A DNA stretch of 64,000 nt. Source: Chiloscyllium plagiosum. Taxonomy: Eukaryota. The notes beneath the pieces were generated by a model. It had not been told where the DNA came from, searched no databases, and saw only the letters and a program-made list of their open reading frames with translations. A program made the position numbers and the translations under genes. The DNA is taken from positions 2,516,205-2,580,204 of the forward strand of contig NC_057758.1 in NCBI RefSeq assembly GCF_004010195.1. Reading direction: 5' to 3'. This document shows positions 11,404 through 22,799 of this stretch, piece by piece (the stretch's first letter is position 1; each line of letters opens with the position of its first letter).

Positions 11404-11789
11404 GATTCTCCTGTTCCTTTGATGCTGCCTGACCTGCTGCACTTTTCCAGCAACACTTTTTTAAGCTCTGATCTCCAGCATCTGCAGCCCTCACTTTCTC
11501 CTAGCTTCAGGTGAGAGGCAAAATATTTAAAAGGGACCTCAGGGCCAACTTTTTCAAGCAGAGGGTGGTGCGTGTGTGGAATGAACTGCCAGAGGAAGTG
11601 TTGGAGGCTAGTCCAATTACAATATTTAAAAGACATCTAGATGGATATATTGGGAGGCAGGGTTTAATGGGGTATGGGACAAAGGCTGGCACATTGCACG
11701 AGATTAATTAAGGATGTGTGGTCGGCATGAATGAGTTGGACTGAAGAGATTGTTTCCGAGTTGCAACATTTTTCTTAACTCTGTGACTG

Positions 11790-12990
11790 CCATCTGATTG
11801 AGCTGTGAACCGATAAAACAGCACAGCACAGGGAACGAGTTACGTATTGCACTCTGATTGAGAAACACATTTGCAAAACAATAAACTGGGGACCGAGGGG
11901 ATTAAACAGATTTATACCTAATACAACAAGAAGGATGAGCGATATTTTGATCGAGAGCTTGATAATTTGTATAACATATAGTGAAGCGAGGGTTACAAAC
12001 TGCATTAGGATCAAGGGATTTACATATAAAACAAAATATACTGGGAAGCGTGTTACAGACTGCACTTTGATCGAAGAATCTCTGTATAAATCAAAGGAGT
12101 GAGTTACAGATTGCACTGATCAAGGCGATTACGTATAAAAAAAGTACTGGGTAGTGAGTTACAGACTACATTTTGATCAAGACATTAATGTACAACACAA
12201 GATTTCCTCGGGATTCAGTTAGGGACGACACTTTGAATGGGGGGATCTTATGCAAAACACCAAAATCGGTGCAGAGTATTACAGACTGCCCTGATATATA
12301 AAATGATTTATATATAAAGCAACCAATACTGAGCAGACAGTTCCACACTGCACTTTCATTAAGCGTTTTATATAGTGAATAAAATATACTTGTCAATGAG
12401 TTGCAGAATGGAGGAATTGAGGACTGCAGATGCTGGAGAATCAGAGTCAAAAAGTGTGTCGCTGGGAAAACCCAGCAGATTACGTAGCATTTTGATTGTC
12501 AACGATTTGGGCATAAGCCCTTCATCAGGAATGTTGCAGTTGTAGACTTCGCTCTATTATAGAATCGCGACGGTGCAGATGGAGACCGTTTAAGTGTCTG
12601 CACCTACCCTCCAAAAAACATCCAACTTGACACATCCCATCCCCTTAACAGCACATTAACTACAGCTTGTCCATCTAGCCTGTACATCCCTGACATTATG
12701 GGGCAATGGACCTAAACTGCACATCTTTGGACTGTAGGAGGAAACTGACTCAGCTGGCAGAAACCCAGACATGACACACAGGTTGAACTCTGATCAAGTC
12801 GTTACAGATAAAGCAACAAATATTGGACGGTGTGTTGCAGACTGCACTGTGATGGAAGGGTTTATATATAAAACAGCACAGACTGCACAGTGAGGTATAG
12901 CCCAAACTCTGGTCGAGGGGTTGAAAGATAAAACAGCATACACTAGGGACTGAGTTCCAGCCCTGCAGTCTGATCACGAGGAGTATACAA
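11790..12990 (+). repeat. Degenerate ~58-bp minisatellite (gagtgagttacagactgcactttgatc...tataaaac...atactgg), interrupted by Penelope and SINE fragments
   Basis: Recurring gagttacagactgcact(c/t)tgatc motif about every 55-60 bp. Confidence 0.7.
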
Positions 12991-13269
12991 CAGCAACAGC
13001 TTCCTGTTCAGTTACTGAGAAGCGGAGCCTGCATAGAGGTCAGCCAAACGGCAGAAGGAGCACAGCAGAGCGGAGCTGAATCAAGTGGCCAAGCTCCAGA
13101 GGTGACATCACAGCTGCAAATGTAACTGCTGTCGAGCCAGATCAAGAGACTGAGCGAAGAGAACTCGGAGAGAGGTAGAGCTTAAAGTAGCTTACTTTTG
13201 TGGTGTGCAGTTTTTGCTGAAAATAGAGAGGCAGAGTGAGAAATCTGATTATGATGAGAAGTGGGAAAG

Positions 13270-14960
13270 GTTGTGTAATTGGTTCCTAGTTTATAGTTTG
13301 CAGATGTCATGGCTCAAAATGGCAGGAGAGCTCGTTCCTGTGGAATATTCCTTCTGGAAAATCAAGACACTTCCAGTCTCCATGGTGAAAACGTAGGCAG
13401 GCATTGTATTCAGCTGCAGCTTCTGATCTGCTGCATGGAATGCATGAAACTATGAATGGACTCACTATGGAGCAGCCATGAGGCTGAGAATGGCGTACTT
13501 AGCGCATTTAGTGATGTGGTCACCCCATCAGGAAGAGCTACACAAATACAGGAGAGTTCAGTGACTCCCAGGAAGACAGCTAATTGTGGGCAGGCAGCGC
13601 AATCTGTGGCTATTCCCCTCTCAAACAGGCAAACCATTTTGGATTTTTTTTTTGGGGGGGGGGCGAAAATGGCCTCTCAGGGGAAATCAGCAGCAGTCAG
13701 GTCAGTGGTCCCATGATTGGCACTGTTGCACAGCAGGAAGGGTCAAAGTGTAGGCGACCACTAGTGGTACAGTACATTCAGGGTCACAGACAGGTGTTTC
13801 TGTGGCCCCGAGGGAGACTCCAGGATGGTGCCAGGATCAAGGATGCCTTGAAGCGGGCACAGGGCAAACGGCAGAAGGAGCACAGCAGAGCGGAGCTGAA
13901 TCAAGTGGCCAAGCTCCAGAGGTGACATCACAGCTGCAAATGTAACTGCTGTCGAGCCAGATCAAGAGACTGAGCGAAGAGAACTCGGAGAGAGGTAGAG
14001 CTTAAAGTAGCTTACTTTTGTGGTGTGCAGTTTTTGCTGAAAATAGAGAGGCAGAGTGAGAAATCTGATTATGATGAGAAGTGGGAAACAATCTGTGGCA
14101 CAGCGGCCACAGATTGCGCTGCCTGCCCACAATTAGCTGTCTTCCTGGGAGTCACTGAACTCTCCTGTATTTGTGTAGCTCTTCCTGATGGGGTGACCAC
14201 ATCACTAAATGCGCTAAGTACGCCATTCTCAGCCTCATGGCTGCTCCATAGTGAAAGAAGGCGGTGAGCAGACAGTGGTACCAATGATATAGACGGAGAG
14301 AGTGAGAGAGATGATGTCCTGCAAAGGGGATTTAAGGAGTTAGCCAGGAAGCTGAAAAGCAGGGTGGTATTCTCTGGATTACACCCTGTGCTTCATGCCG
14401 GTGAGACTAAGAATAGCAAGGTAATACAGTTAAATATATGGTTCAATAGCTGGTCTCGGATGGACGGCTTTAGTTACCTGTATTAGTGGGATATCGTCTA
14501 GGGCAAGTAGGATGGGTGCAACAAGGACAGGTTGCATCTGAACTAGAGGGCACAAATACCTTGCAAATGGATATGCTATTGCCTCTTGACAGGGTTTAAA
14601 CTAGTGGCCTAGAGGGATAGGAAACAGAGCAGTAGGTCAGTGCCTGAAGTGATTCAGAAGGTCGATGTTAAGTCAAGAAAGACTAACAGGAAGATCGGTC
14701 AGGGCCAGGTTAATCAAGACAGCAGGACTGGCAGTCTGAAGTGAGTTTATTTTAATGAAATGAGTATAACAGGTAAAGCAGATGAGCTCAGAGCCTGCAG
14801 TAATACATGGAACTACAATCTGATAGTCATTTCAGAAATGTGGTTTAGAAAAGGGCAGGACTGAATTGTCAACTTTCCAAGGTTTGTTGTTTCATTTGAG
14901 ACAGAGAGGGTTGTAAAAGATAGAGAGGGAGTTGCATTACAGCGAGGCCATATGACTATA
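13270..14960 (+). mobile_element. CR1 5' region (ORF1 esterase-like remnant and start of ORF2), internally rearranged
   Basis: GTND-like ggtaccaatgatatagac, D-x-L-H-L-N-like gacaggttgcatctgaac, and an endonuclease start (KADELRA...SEMWF). Contains the duplication/inversion described in findings. Confidence 0.65.
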
Positions 14961-15799
14961 TCTTAGGGATGAAAAAAATGCAATTACTTTAATAGTTTAA
15001 ACAGATATGTTAGATCATCCAAAGATGTGGATGACACAGTGGTTAGCATTACCGAATCACAATGCCAGGGACCTGTGTTTGATTGGGAGACAGTGAGAAC
15101 TGGAGATTAGAATCGACTGTGGAGTGCTGGAAAAGCACAGCAGGTCGGGCAGCATCCGAGTAGCAGGAGAAACGACGTTTCAGGCATAAGGCCTTCAGCC
15201 TGTTCGATTCTCCTGCTTCTCAGATGCTGCCTAACCTGCTTTGTTCTTTCAGTACCCCACTCTCGACCTGTGTATGATTCCACCCTTTGGTGATTGGTCG
15301 TGTGGAGTTTGCATATTCTCCCCGTGTTTCTGCCAGGAGCTCGAGTTTCCTCCCACAATCCAAAGATGCGCCAGCTAGGTGATTAAGCCAAACTACGTTG
15401 CTCTGAAGTGTTCAGGGATGTGCAGACTGGGTAGATTAGCCACGGGAAATGTGCGATTCTGGACTGAGTCTGGTTCGGATGCACTTTCGATGCACTTTCG
15501 AGAGTCTGAGCAGCCACGGTGGTCAAATGGCCTCTTTCTGCACTGCAGGGATCCTGTGTTAAAAAAAAGGGGGGTGTTGTGGTGGTTGATAATAAACCCC
15601 CCACGATTGACAAGGATTCCCTTCGCGCCAGTGGCTCTGATGAGGATTTCTTGAAACAGAACGCAGAGAGCCCATTTTAGAGCATTTTGGGGAACGGTGA
15701 TCATCTTATGTAAGCTTTAATATAGTTATGGATAAGGTTAAGACTCGGTTCTCGGGTTAAAGCGCGAAAGTGGAGCAAGGCTAGACACCACAGTCAAGA

Positions 15800-16630
15800 T
15801 TGTGGTGCTGGAAAAGCACAGCAGGTCACGCAGCATCCGAGGAGCAGGGAAATCGACTTTTCAGCCAAAAGCATTTCTTCAGGAATGAGTCAGGGAGGCT
15901 CGGGGGTGAAGAGATAAATGGGAGCGTGTAGGGATAGGGGAAAGGTAGCTGAGAGTGCAATAGGTGGATGGAGGTGGGGATAGAGGTGATGGTTGGGAGG
16001 GGAGTGTTGAGCAGAGAGGGAGGAAGGAAGATGGACAAATGGGACAGTCATGAGGATGGTGCTGAGCTGGAAGGTTGGAACTGGGGTAAGGGAAGAGATG
16101 GGGAAATGAGGGAACTGGTGGCATGGGGTTGTAGAGTCCCGAGGTGGAAGATAAGGTGCTCTTCCTCCAGGCATCGGGTGGTAACGGAATGGTGATGGGG
16201 GAAGCCCAGGAACTGCATGTCCTTGGCAGAGTGAGAGGGTGAGTTAAAGTGTTTGGCCACAGGGCAGTGGGGTTGATTGGTGCATGTGTGCAGGGATGCT
16301 CTCTGAAGTGCTCTGGAAGAACACATCCTGTCTCCCCAATGTAGGGCAGACCGCATCAGGAGCAACGGATACAGTAAATGACATGTGTAGAAATGCAGGT
16401 GAAACTTTGATGGATGTGGAAGGCTCTTTTGGGGCCTTGGATAGTGGATGAGTGGGGAGGTCTGGGCGCAGGCTTTGCACTTCCTGTGATGGCAGAGACA
16501 GGTGTCGGGAGGGGAGGGTGGATTGTTAGGGGGCGTGGACCTGACGAGGTAATTGTGGAGGGAACGGTCTTTACGAAAAGTGGAAATGGGTGGGGAGGGA
16601 AATATATTTCTGGTGGTGGGGTTCGTCACC
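15800..16630 (-). mobile_element. Penelope-like element, GIY-YIG endonuclease region + terminus (degenerate)
   Basis: FPSPPISTFRKDRSLHNYLVRS, CHHRKCKAC, IYCIRCS*CGLPYIGET, VAKHFNSPSH and EEEHLIFHLGTLQP. Confidence 0.85.
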
Positions 16631-18815
16631 TAGATACAACAGTGTTAAGCAAGAACTAGGTGTTTGAGCGTAAACCCACATCTGACATGTGGGGGTGTTT
16701 TAAAGTCCGGCTGATTGGACTTTAGGACTAGCATGTTCCTGTGAGGATGAAAGATAAGATTGGTAAGCTTTGGGAATCTTGAATGACAGACATATTGAAA
16801 GGATGGTCAAGAAGAAAAAGGAAGCATCTGCAATGTTTATAAAATTGAAATCAAATAACACCCTGAGGAGCTGCAGAGAAGAACATAAACAAGAAATTAG
16901 GAAGTCTGGAAATGGTCATGAAATTTCCTTGACAAGTAGGATTAAGGACAATCTCAAGAAATTTTCTACATACAACAGTTGCAAGAGGGGAACTAAAGAA
17001 AGAGTAGGTCCACTCAACAACAAAGGAAGGAATTTAGCGTAGAGCCAGAGGAAGTGGGAGAAGTCCTTAATGAGTACTTCGCATTTGTATTTGGAGAAAG
17101 TGAGGACTGCAGATGCTGGAGATCAGAGCTGAAAAATGTGTTGCTGGAAAAGCGCAGCAGGTCAGGCAGCATCCAAGGAGCTGGAGAATCGACGTTTCGG
17201 GCATAAGCCCTTCAAGGGCTTATGCCCGAAACGTCGATTCTCCTGCTCTTTGGATGCTGCCTGACCTGCTGCGCTTTTCCAGCAACACATTTTTCAGCGC
17301 ATTTGTATTTGGTAAGGATAAAAACATGGGTAATGGTAAGGTTATGGGGTGGTGGATATGTTGATATTCTGGTGCATGTCGATATTAAGGGGGAGGTGAT
17401 GTTCAATGTCTTGATACACATTAAGGTAGTTAAGTCCCTCAGGATCTGATGGGACCTGTCCCAAAATACTGAAGGAAGTAAGGGGAGAGATTGCTGGGGC
17501 CTTGAGAGAGAATTTCTAGCGACAGCCGAGATCCCAGAAACCTAGAGATTAGAGAATTTTGATCTTTTGTTCAAGAAAGGCAACAAGGAGACCCTGAACA
17601 TTACAGGTTGACAAACTTTACGTCAGTGGTAAGGAAATTATTGGGGAAGCTTCTTAGACATTGGATTTACTTGCATTTCGAGAACAATGGACAGAGGAGA
17701 TCATCAGAAAGTAAGCAGAAATTACTGGAAAAACTCAGTAGGTCAGGCAGCATCTGTGAAGAGAAATCAGAGTTAAAATTTCAAATCTGGTGATCCTTTC
17801 TTACATATATTCAGCACGGTTTTATGCAGGGGAGGTCTGTCACACAGACTTTAGATTTTCTGAGGAAATGACAAAGATGATGAATGAGAGCAGAACAGTG
17901 GATGTTGTATAGATGGATTTTACTGAAAAATGTGACAAGATCCCTCATGATGGGCTGATCCAGAGGATTAAGTAGCATGGGATCTATGCTGAGTTCGCAA
18001 GTTGGATGCAAACTTGATTTGATCATAGCAGAAAGGGCAGTTTTGGAGGAGTATTTATCCGATTAGAGGTCTGTGACCAGTGGAGTTTCGTGAAGTTCAG
18101 TGCTGGAATCTGTAATGTTTGTTATATAAATGAATGAAAATGCAGGAGATCTGATTAGTAAGTTTACAAGGTTTTTGGGTAGTGACGATGGTTATCAAGG
18201 GATACAGCAGGGTATAGACCATTTGGAAAGTTGGGCAGAGATATGGCAGATGGAGTTTAATCCAGACAAATGTGAGGAGATGCATTTTGGGAAGTCAAAC
18301 GTAAGAGGAAAGTATACAGTAAATGGTAAAACTCTGAAGAGCATTAGTCACTGAATGTAGCAACGTAAGTTGATGATGGCATGTTTGCCTTCATCAGTTA
18401 GGGTATTTTTTTTCTTGGCAAGTCATGTTGCAGGTGTATAAAGTTTTAGTTCGGTCACCTTTGGAGTATTGTGTGCAGTTCTGGTAATGATTAGATTCCT
18501 CACAGTATGGAAACAGGCCTAACAAGTCCAGACCAACCCTCCACAGAGTAGCCCACCCAGACTCATGCGCCTACCCTTGATTAAGGCACCTAACACTATA
18601 CGCAATTTAGCGAGGCCAATTCACCTCAACTACACATTCGTGGGAGGAAACCAGAACAGACACAGAAGGAATGTACAAACTGCACACGGTCAGCCAAGAT
18701 GGGAGTCGAACCTGGCTCCCTAGCGCCACTGGGCCATCATGCCACCCTGGCCATTGCATTGTATGAAGTATGTGAACGCTTTGGACAGGGTGCAAAAGAA
18801 TTTTATCAGAAGGTG
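16630..18815 (+). mobile_element. CR1 LINE ORF2, decayed, with nested Penelope palindrome and SINE insertions
   Basis: LTNFTSVVRKLL, VDVVxMDF and WAEIWQMEFNPDKCEEMHFG. Confidence 0.85.
17095..17298. mobile_element. Young palindromic Penelope-terminus insertion with target-site duplication
   Basis: Inverted arms of about 85 bp centred on gcccttc|aagggc (about 17212). gcatttgtatttgg flanks both sides (17081-17094 and 17299-17312). Confidence 0.85.
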
Positions 18816-20125
18816 TACCCCTGTCATGGATGAACTGGATGCATTGCCGATTGCCAACGAGCTGAGGAAAGCAATCAACGATCTGCCCACTGGAAAGGTA
18901 CCAGGTTTGGATGGCATTCCATCAGAGGCCAAAAGGTGTGCAAAGAGCATCCTGCTGAGCCGCCTGTATGAATGACTATGCCAATCCTGGAAAGAGGGAA
19001 CTATGCCACAAGACATGACAGACTGCAACCTTGTCACCTTACATAAGAACAAAAGGGACAGAAGCGACTGTAACAACTACTGTAACAAATCTCTTTGCTG
19101 GGATCATTGGGAAGATCTTTGCCCACGAGGTCCTGAACAGACTGCAGAAGATCTCCGAAAGGGTATATCACCAGACTCAGTGCAGTTTCAGATCAGAACA
19201 CTCCACAATCGACGTGATCCTTTCCCTTCAACAGCTACAAGCGAAATGCAGACAGCAAAGACAACCACTCTACGTTGCCTTCATTGACCTGACAAGGGCC
19301 TTCGCACTTGTGAGCAGAGGCGGCCTGTTCAAAAACTTCACCAGCATTGGTTATATCCCGAGGTTCCTCAGGATAGTTCAGTCATTCCACACAGACATGC
19401 TGGGCGTTGTTCAGTTTGACGGATCGTCTTTGGAGGTCTTCTGCACTTGCAGTGGTGTGAAGCAGGGCCGTGTGTTTGCCCCCACCCTGTTCGGCATCCT
19501 CTTCACAGTCATGCTGAAGCACAGCTTTGGAACATCAACTAATGGTGTCTACCTCCACAAGAGATCGGGTGGGAGGCTGTTCAGTCTGTCCCGGCTGAGG
19601 GTGAAAAACAAGGTTCGTGAAGCACTCATCAGGGACATGTCCGCTTGCAGACGACGCAGCATTGGCAACACACTCAGAAGAGCAACTGCAACGCCTCATG
19701 GACAGCTTCTCAAGTGCCTGCCAGTACCACAGCTTCACCATCAGCCTGAAGAGGGTCAACGTGTTGTGTCAAGACATTGAGCAGCCCCTGCCATTACCAT
19801 CAACAACAATGCGCTGGAGGAACTCCACGAGTTTACATACCTTGACTCCACGATCACAGACATTCTCTCTCTCTCATCTCAGAGATCAATACACCAATCA
19901 GACAAGCAGCCTCAACATTCGTCAGGCTGACAAAGCAAGTCTGAGCGAGCAGAGAATTGATGACGCGCGCCAAGGTTGCAGACTACAGTGCCTGCATCCT
20001 CAGCACAGCGCTTTATATCAGAATGAACTGAAGCCTCGACTCAAAGCCTTCCACCTTCGCACCCTGAGGTACATCCTGGACATCATGTGGACTGACCGAG
20101 TCACCAGCAATGAGATCCTGGCCGG
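18815..20125 (+). mobile_element. RTE-clade LINE RT fragment (frameshifted)
   Basis: GKVPGLDGIPSE, QCSFRSEHSTIDVILSLQQLQAKCRQQRQPLYVAFIDLTRAF, GVKQGRVFAPTLF and LADDAAL. Confidence 0.88.
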
Positions 20126-20814
20126 GTTTTTATGTGCAAATCAAGGAGTTTGAGAATTCTACATACTTCTGTTAAAATTACTTCAATTGTAGTGTCGCTT
20201 CCAGGAATGTGTGAGGGGGACATCTCGATTTCCCCAGCGAGTTGATGGAGCTGAGCAAGGAGCAGGAGGCGGGGAGGGTAGAGGACCAGCGAGTCAGAGA
20301 CAGGGGAGGGTGGCAAGAGTGAAAAAGGCAAACCAGGAGTGGGGGTCGCTGGTTAGAGAGGTTGGGTGAAGGTCAAGAGGTGGAGGCAGAGAGCCAAGAG
20401 AGGGAAAGGGGTTTGCGATCCAAGATGGGGAGGGGTGGAAGCCTAATTGGTGAAGCGGTTGGGTTGTGCTGGGACCAGGGAGGGGCGTTCCTGGTGCGAA
20501 GATGGGAAGGGACGGCGAGTCAAGAGGGATAGGAATGGGGTTGGGGAGGGGTTGGTAGCGGCCGAGGTAGCAGGTGGAAGGGGTAGGGAGAGGAGGAGAA
20601 GAGGGTGGAGGGTCAGTGCTGCATGAGGGACTTACCCATCAGTCACAATTGGGCACGTTGAAGATCCTGTGGCATTTGACTCATGGCCGGTGCATACAGG
20701 GTCAAACAGCTCAAAATCATTGTCAGTGTCACTGCTGAGCTCAAGCTGGAGACAGGGCGATAATAACAGGCTCTACACCAACAAGATCAACACCCACACG
20801 ATCAGATAGGACCA

Positions 20815-21515
20815 ATGGACTGAGGAGTGGCGGATGGAGTTTAATTTTTAAATGTAACGTGCTCTATTTTGCTACAGCAAACCTGAACAGTACTTGCACA
20901 GCTAATGTTAGGGCCTTGGGGAGTATTACCAAATAGAGAGACACAAGGGATGCAGGTGCATAGCTTCGTGAAAGTGGAGTAGCAGGTGGTGAAGAAGGTA
21001 TTTCACACAATTTCTTTCATTGGTCATAACATTGAGCATAGGAATTGGGATGCCATGTCGTCACTGCACAGGACATTGGTTAGACCACTGTTAGAATTCT
21101 GCAAGGCAATGCTAATCTCCCAGCAATAGGAAGGATGTTGTGAAACTTGAGAAGTTGCAGAAAAGATTTACAATGGGGTATTGCCGGGGTTGGCCGGCTT
21201 GAACTATACGGAGCGGCTGGCTATTTTTCCTGGGACATCTGAGGCTGATGGGTGACCTTACAGAAGTTCATAAAATTGTGAGGGGCATGGATAGGGTGAA
21301 GAGGTAAGGTAGTCCAATACTAGAGGGCATAGGTTTAAGGTGAGAGTAAAAAGATTTCAATGGGACCGAAGTGGCACATTTTTTCATACAGACGATGGTG
21401 GGTGAATTGAATGAGCTGCGAGAGGAAGTGGTGGAAGCTGGTACAATTACAATAATTAAAAGGGATTCCGGATGGGACATGAATGGGAAAGGGTTGGAGG
21501 AATATGGGTCAAAAA
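20815..21515 (+). mobile_element. CR1 LINE 3' fragment
   Basis: EEWRMEFN, RTLVRPLLEF and FFIQTMVGELNELREEVV. Confidence 0.8.
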
Positions 21516-22547
21516 TTGATTCTTCCCCACACACAATCATTCACTCACTGACACAAAACATAACAGAAATACATTCACTTCTTACTTTTTCTTTCGTTAA
21601 TTTTTAAACTTTTGTCATCATTTCTCCCCTTTTGGCCAGGAGGCCTGTCAATCGCGCCCTGTCCCTTATTTCTAGATGGATAGGTCCTCCATCCATCATA
21701 AGATCCCGCCTATGCTCACCCCACACCACCCCTCCCCCCCCCCCCCCCCCGCCCCCCACACACACCCTCGGATTGGTCGCCTCGCTTGTTCAATTGCCAC
21801 CATGCCCCCGCTTTCTGATTGGTGCGTTTCTATGTCCATCGACTTGCCATGCGCAATCATTCCATTTACCTGGCCCTCTCCATTATCTATCAACATTCAC
21901 CCTCCCAGCCAGACAGTCGTTGAAAATTTGGTTTGTCCAGGGAGAAAGTAAGGACTGCAGATGCTGGAGATCAGAGTCGAGAGTGGGGTGCTGGACAAGC
22001 ACAGCAGGTCAGGCAGCATCCAGTCCGACTTCTTCTGTCGGATTGTTCTTCTCTCTCTTTAGGCTCTATTCCCTACCTATCGTTTACTTCTTACACCTTC
22101 CCCCACGCTATCTTCTGCAGGCACACTGACATTTTCCTGGCTATCATCAGTTGTGAGGAAGGGTCACCGGACCGGGAACATTATCTTTAATTTCTCTTAA
22201 CAGATGCTGCCAGAACTGATTTTCCGGCAACTTCTGTCTTTGTTGCACATGTGTATGAACATGGTCTATCCTGTCCCACTCTCCTATTGGTCCATATGTC
22301 TATCCACTTAAATGTCCCGCTCACACCGCATCGGATTGGCCCACTCACCGTCCATCAAAATGTTAAACTCGCTCCTGCTTTCCGGTTGTTGCAATACCAT
22401 GTACATCGCCTGAATCCTTCCTCCAATTCGCCTTCACCACAGTCCATCGTGGTATCCAGCCCGTTGACTCGAAACCTGGCCGTCTAATGACCCAGTGGAA
22501 ATTCGCACACCACCAGGTTATAGTGCAACAAGTTTATTTGGAAGTAT

Positions 22548-22576
22548 TAGCTTTCGGAGCGCTGCTCCTTCATCAG
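22548..22576 (-). ncRNA. Minimal hammerhead ribozyme core of a second Penelope family (element about 22495-22800)
   Basis: Minus strand reads CTGATGA-a-GGAGC agc GCTCC-GAAA-gc-TA, with a 5-bp stem II and palindromic AGCT in place of stem III. Confidence 0.65.
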
Positions 22577-22799
22577 GTAGCTGTGGAGCAGGATCATATA
22601 ACATCGAATTTACAGCAAAAGGTAACATTGTCCTGCAACTGAACTAATTTCTTGAACAAACCCAGATTGGTGTGAAATCTTTAATCTTTTAGAAGGGTTG
22701 TAGATTTCCATTCAATAATATGTAAATCCCAGAGCTTCTTTTAACTCACATTCTCGAGAATACCTTAAGGTTTCATTAAAAAAAAGTGACATCTCACAG

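Noticed and set aside
11790..12990. CRISPR-like array
   Set aside because: Eukaryotic context, degenerate repeats, mutually homologous spacers and no cas genes.
15636..15660. CTGATGA...GAAA as a stand-alone hammerhead
   Set aside because: Stem II is poorly paired and there is no credible stem III or UH cleavage site.
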